In this document: positions 61,585-64,000 of the stretch, one piece after another
Layout of the letters: every line of letters begins with the position of its first letter
How positions within the stretch are numbered: the first letter of the stretch is position 1
Assembly (NCBI GenBank): GCA_052327205.1
Contig: CM126205.1
Span: 19,654,001 to 19,718,000, forward strand
Length of the DNA: 64,000 bases
Direction: 5' to 3'
Origin: Somniosus microcephalus
Taxonomy: Eukaryota
The notes under the pieces: generated by a model
Databases searched by the model: none
Seen by the model: only the letters and a program-made list of their open reading frames with translations
What the model was told of the DNA's origin: nothing
Translations under genes and position numbers: made by a program

Positions 61585-62175
61585 AATAACAACAACAGCA
61601 ACTTGCATTTATATAGCGCTTTTAACATAGTAAAACGTCCCAAGGCGCTGCATCTGAGTATTGTAAGACACAAAATTTGACACCGATCCACATAAGGATA
61701 AATTAGGGCAGGTGACCAAAAGCTTGGCCAAAGAGGTAGATTTTAAGGAGCGTCTTCAAGGAGGAAAGCGAGGTAGCGAGGCGGAGAGGTTTAGGGAGGG
61801 AATTCCAGAGCTTAGGGCCTAGGCAACAGAAGGCACGGCCACCAATGCTGGAGCGATTATAATCAGGGCTCCTCAAGAGGGCAGAATTAGAGGAGCGCAG
61901 ATATCTGGCGGGGGGGGGGGGGTTGTGGGGCTAAAGGAGATTACAGAGATAGGAAGGGCGATGCCATGGAGGGATTTGAATACAAAGGATGAGAATTTTG
62001 AAATCAAGGCGCTGCTTAACCGGGAGCCAATATAGGTCAGCGAGCACAGGGGTGATGGGCGAACGGGACTTGGTGCGGGTTAGGACACGGGCAGCAGAGT
62101 TTTGGATGACCTCAAGTTAACGTAGGGTGGAATGTGTGAGGCCAGCCAGGAGTGGGTTGGAGTAGTCAAGTTTAG
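61585..62175 (-). mobile_element. L2-like LINE 3' fragment
   Basis: (aac)n tail, ttgcatttatatagcgc; minus-strand translation includes LDYSNPLLAGL (L2 ORF2-like). Confidence 0.82.
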
Positions 62176-62532
62176 AAATACATTTATGGTGTCGTTTTAT
62201 ATAGCGCTCTGAGATATTGCATAGAATTACACAGAGTCTACAGCACAGGAACAGGCCGGCGTTTTGCCTCCACACGAACCGCCTCCCACCCCTCTTCATT
62301 TAACTCGATTCTTCCTTAGTTATGCTTTAAGCTGAGTGGGAAGACTCGTCGAAAGAATTATGTTGTGTTTTCGAAACGTTTAGGATCGCCTTTAGCGCTT
62401 TCCCTCCGCCCAATTGCATTCATTTATTTTTCTTAGTTTTTACCTGGAACTTTCCAGGATTGCAACTATTTCCCAGTAAAACAAAATCCAACCTGTGGGT
62501 ACATGTTTGCAATATGATAAGGATATACTTAC

Positions 62533-62595
62533 TGGGCAACACAAAGAGTTTAGTTCCATCGCCGAATATAAGCCTGTAGCTCCCGCTTTGAGTCA
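62533..62595 (-). CDS. TRAJ: J77: TQSGSYRLIFGDGTKLFVLP
   Basis: GT donor; RSS CACAGTA-12-ACAAAAACC. Confidence 0.94.
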
Positions 62596-63144
62596 CACAG
62601 TATCACAATACAGGACAAAAACCGCCTCGCCAGATAACTGCATGCAAGCATCCATCTGCATCTCCCCATTATCTACATCGTTCCTTGCATTCATCTATCA
62701 CCGTATTTGTCTTAATTTTGATTTCCAACCTAATTTCGATTTTAGCAAGTCAGTCACGCCGTTTTCATACGCGTTAAGAAATATATTAACTGATGTTTGA
62801 TTTCGAAGTGTTCAAACCTTAATACAAAACTCACGTCCTGTACATTTCAAAATGCAATTCGGTTTTAATTCTAGACAACACAGGAAAGCTACGTTATAAT
62901 TTACCTCAATCAATGCAGTTTTATACACTTTGAATGAATGAGAAGAAATATTAATACGATTGTTATTTGAAGTAAACGTAATAGCAGTAATGCTTCATTG
63001 ACTAAAAGTAACGTTATGCTATAATTTATATACCGTTGAATGGATGATTTTACATCATGTCTATCATCCTATTATTTGTTTGACAAATGTAGGTGCACAT
63101 CGTTCTCTCAACGATTGAGTTGGGACTAAAGATACAACTTCGTG

Positions 63145-63915
63145 TTGATAGAGTGGATACAGAGAGAATGTTTCCACTTGTGAGGAAGAGCATAACTAGA
63201 GGCCATCAATATGAGAGAGTCACCAAGAAATCCAATAGGGAATTCAGAAGAAACTTCTTCACCCAGAGTGGTGAGAATGTGGAACTCGCTACCACAGAGA
63301 GTGGTTGAAGCGAATAGTATCGATGTATTTAAGGGGAGCTTAGATAAGCATATAAGTGAAAAGGGAATAGAGGGTTATGCTGATAGATTTAGATGAGGAA
63401 AGACGAGATGAGGCTCGAGTGGAGCATAAACGCTGGCATGGACTGGTTGGGCCGAATGGCCTGTTTCTGTGCCGTATATCTTTTTAATCCTATGGTCCAG
63501 TTACGGCTCAATTTAAAAATTCTCATCCTTGTTTTCAAACCCCTCCATGGCCTCGCCCCTCGCTATCTCTGTAACCTCCGCCAGCCCTGCAGTCCTCCGA
63601 GATCTCTGAACTCCTCCAATTCTGGCCTCTTGTTTATCCCCCACTTCTTTCTCCCCAACTTTGGCGGCCACGCCTACAGCCTTCTAGGTCCTAACTCTGG
63701 AATTCCCTCCCTAAACCTCTCAGCCTCTCTACTTCTCTTCCTTGAAGACTCTGCTTAAACCCGACCTCTTTGACCAAGCATTGGGCCACCCGCTGCTAAT
63801 ATCGCCTACTTTGGCTCGGTGTTATTTGTTGTCAGATTTCGCTTTCTGTGAAGTGACCTGGGGTGTCTTACTACATTAAAGGCGCTATATAAATGCAAGC
63901 TCTTTATGATGTTGT
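63145..63915 (+). mobile_element. CR1 3' fragment (~63145-63495) followed by an L2-like 3' fragment (~63500-63915)
   Basis: RVDTERMFPLV..TRGH..FRRNFFTQ; then aaaattctcatccttgttttcaaa..ggcgctatataaatgcaag. Confidence 0.82.
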
Positions 63916-63921
63916 ACTTAC

Positions 63922-63984
63922 TGGGTTCTACAGACACTTTGGTCCCGCTTCCAAAGATGAGCCCGTAACCTGTTCCTTGAGTCA
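63922..63984 (-). CDS. TRAJ: J78: TQGTGYGLIFGSGTKVSVEP
   Basis: GT donor; heptamer CACAGTA; nonamer lies beyond the window end. Confidence 0.9.
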
Positions 63985-64000
63985 CACAGTAACTAACACC

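Larger units (their letters stand above)
250..64000 (-). other. TRA: T-cell receptor alpha J-segment (TRAJ) array, 78 segments plus one decayed remnant; probably continues beyond both window ends
   Basis: Repeated pattern on + strand: [c/t]tac or tcac (GT donor on -), 57-69 bp encoding ..KLxFGxGTxLxVxP on -, then CACAGnn-12 bp-ACAAAAACC-like RSS. A very large number of 12-RSS Js with no D or C between them, plus KLIFG/KLTFG motifs, fits TCR alpha. Confidence 0.93.

Noticed and set aside
755-63758. ORF-track ORFs as stand-alone genes (e.g. MNVGGTNKLIFG.., IELHRIGSTET.., QYCPSDSAALP repeats)
   Set aside because: They are J segments read through the donor into intron, antisense or sense frames of CR1/L2/SINE fragments, or minisatellite translations; several starts are GTG from the heptamer edge
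250-64000. Immunoglobulin J or TCR beta/gamma/delta J identity
   Set aside because: No WGxG motif, no interspersed V/D/C as in shark Ig clusters, far more Js than those loci usually hold, and KLxFG motifs fit TCR alpha; not formally excluded without the constant exon
1-64000. V, D or C exons and 23-bp-spacer RSSs
   Set aside because: None seen by eye: no YxC-ending V exon, no Ig C1 exon, no short segment flanked by two RSSs

Overview
Vertebrate genomic DNA, most likely from a cartilaginous fish judging by its CR1/L2 LINE and tRNA-derived SINE families. The window lies inside a T-cell receptor alpha joining-segment (TRAJ) array on the minus strand. By eye I count 78 J segments (numbered J1-J78 left to right) plus one heavily decayed J remnant. 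A typical segment has an FGxG(T) FR4 motif, a phase-1 GT splice donor on its left and a heptamer-12 bp-nonamer recombination signal (RSS) on its right. I see no V, D or C exon. The left ~40.7 kb is a tandem amplification built mainly from three J families: A (..FGKGTKLTVEP), B (..FGSGTRLNVIP) and C (..FGSGTKLMVQP). It is arranged as ~1-kb monomers (0-11 kb), ~1.8-kb A-B-C triplets (11-35 kb) and an older A-D-B-C-E block (35-40.7 kb). The right ~23 kb holds 22 diverse, mostly single-copy Js among retroelements. Most notable: (1) eight chimeric Js in which a family-A RSS module has displaced the family-C RSS, leaving an orphan signal, typically with a 14-bp spacer; (2) variation concentrated in CDR3 codons of otherwise near-identical duplicates; (3) lesions confined to RSSs; (4) a J with a doubled FGSGT motif; (5) a hammerhead-like palindromic insertion; (6) a 12 x 73-bp array of tRNA-like SINE heads. 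RSS motifs are quoted as read on the + strand. All counts and alignments were made by eye, and repeat family names come from recall and need database confirmation.
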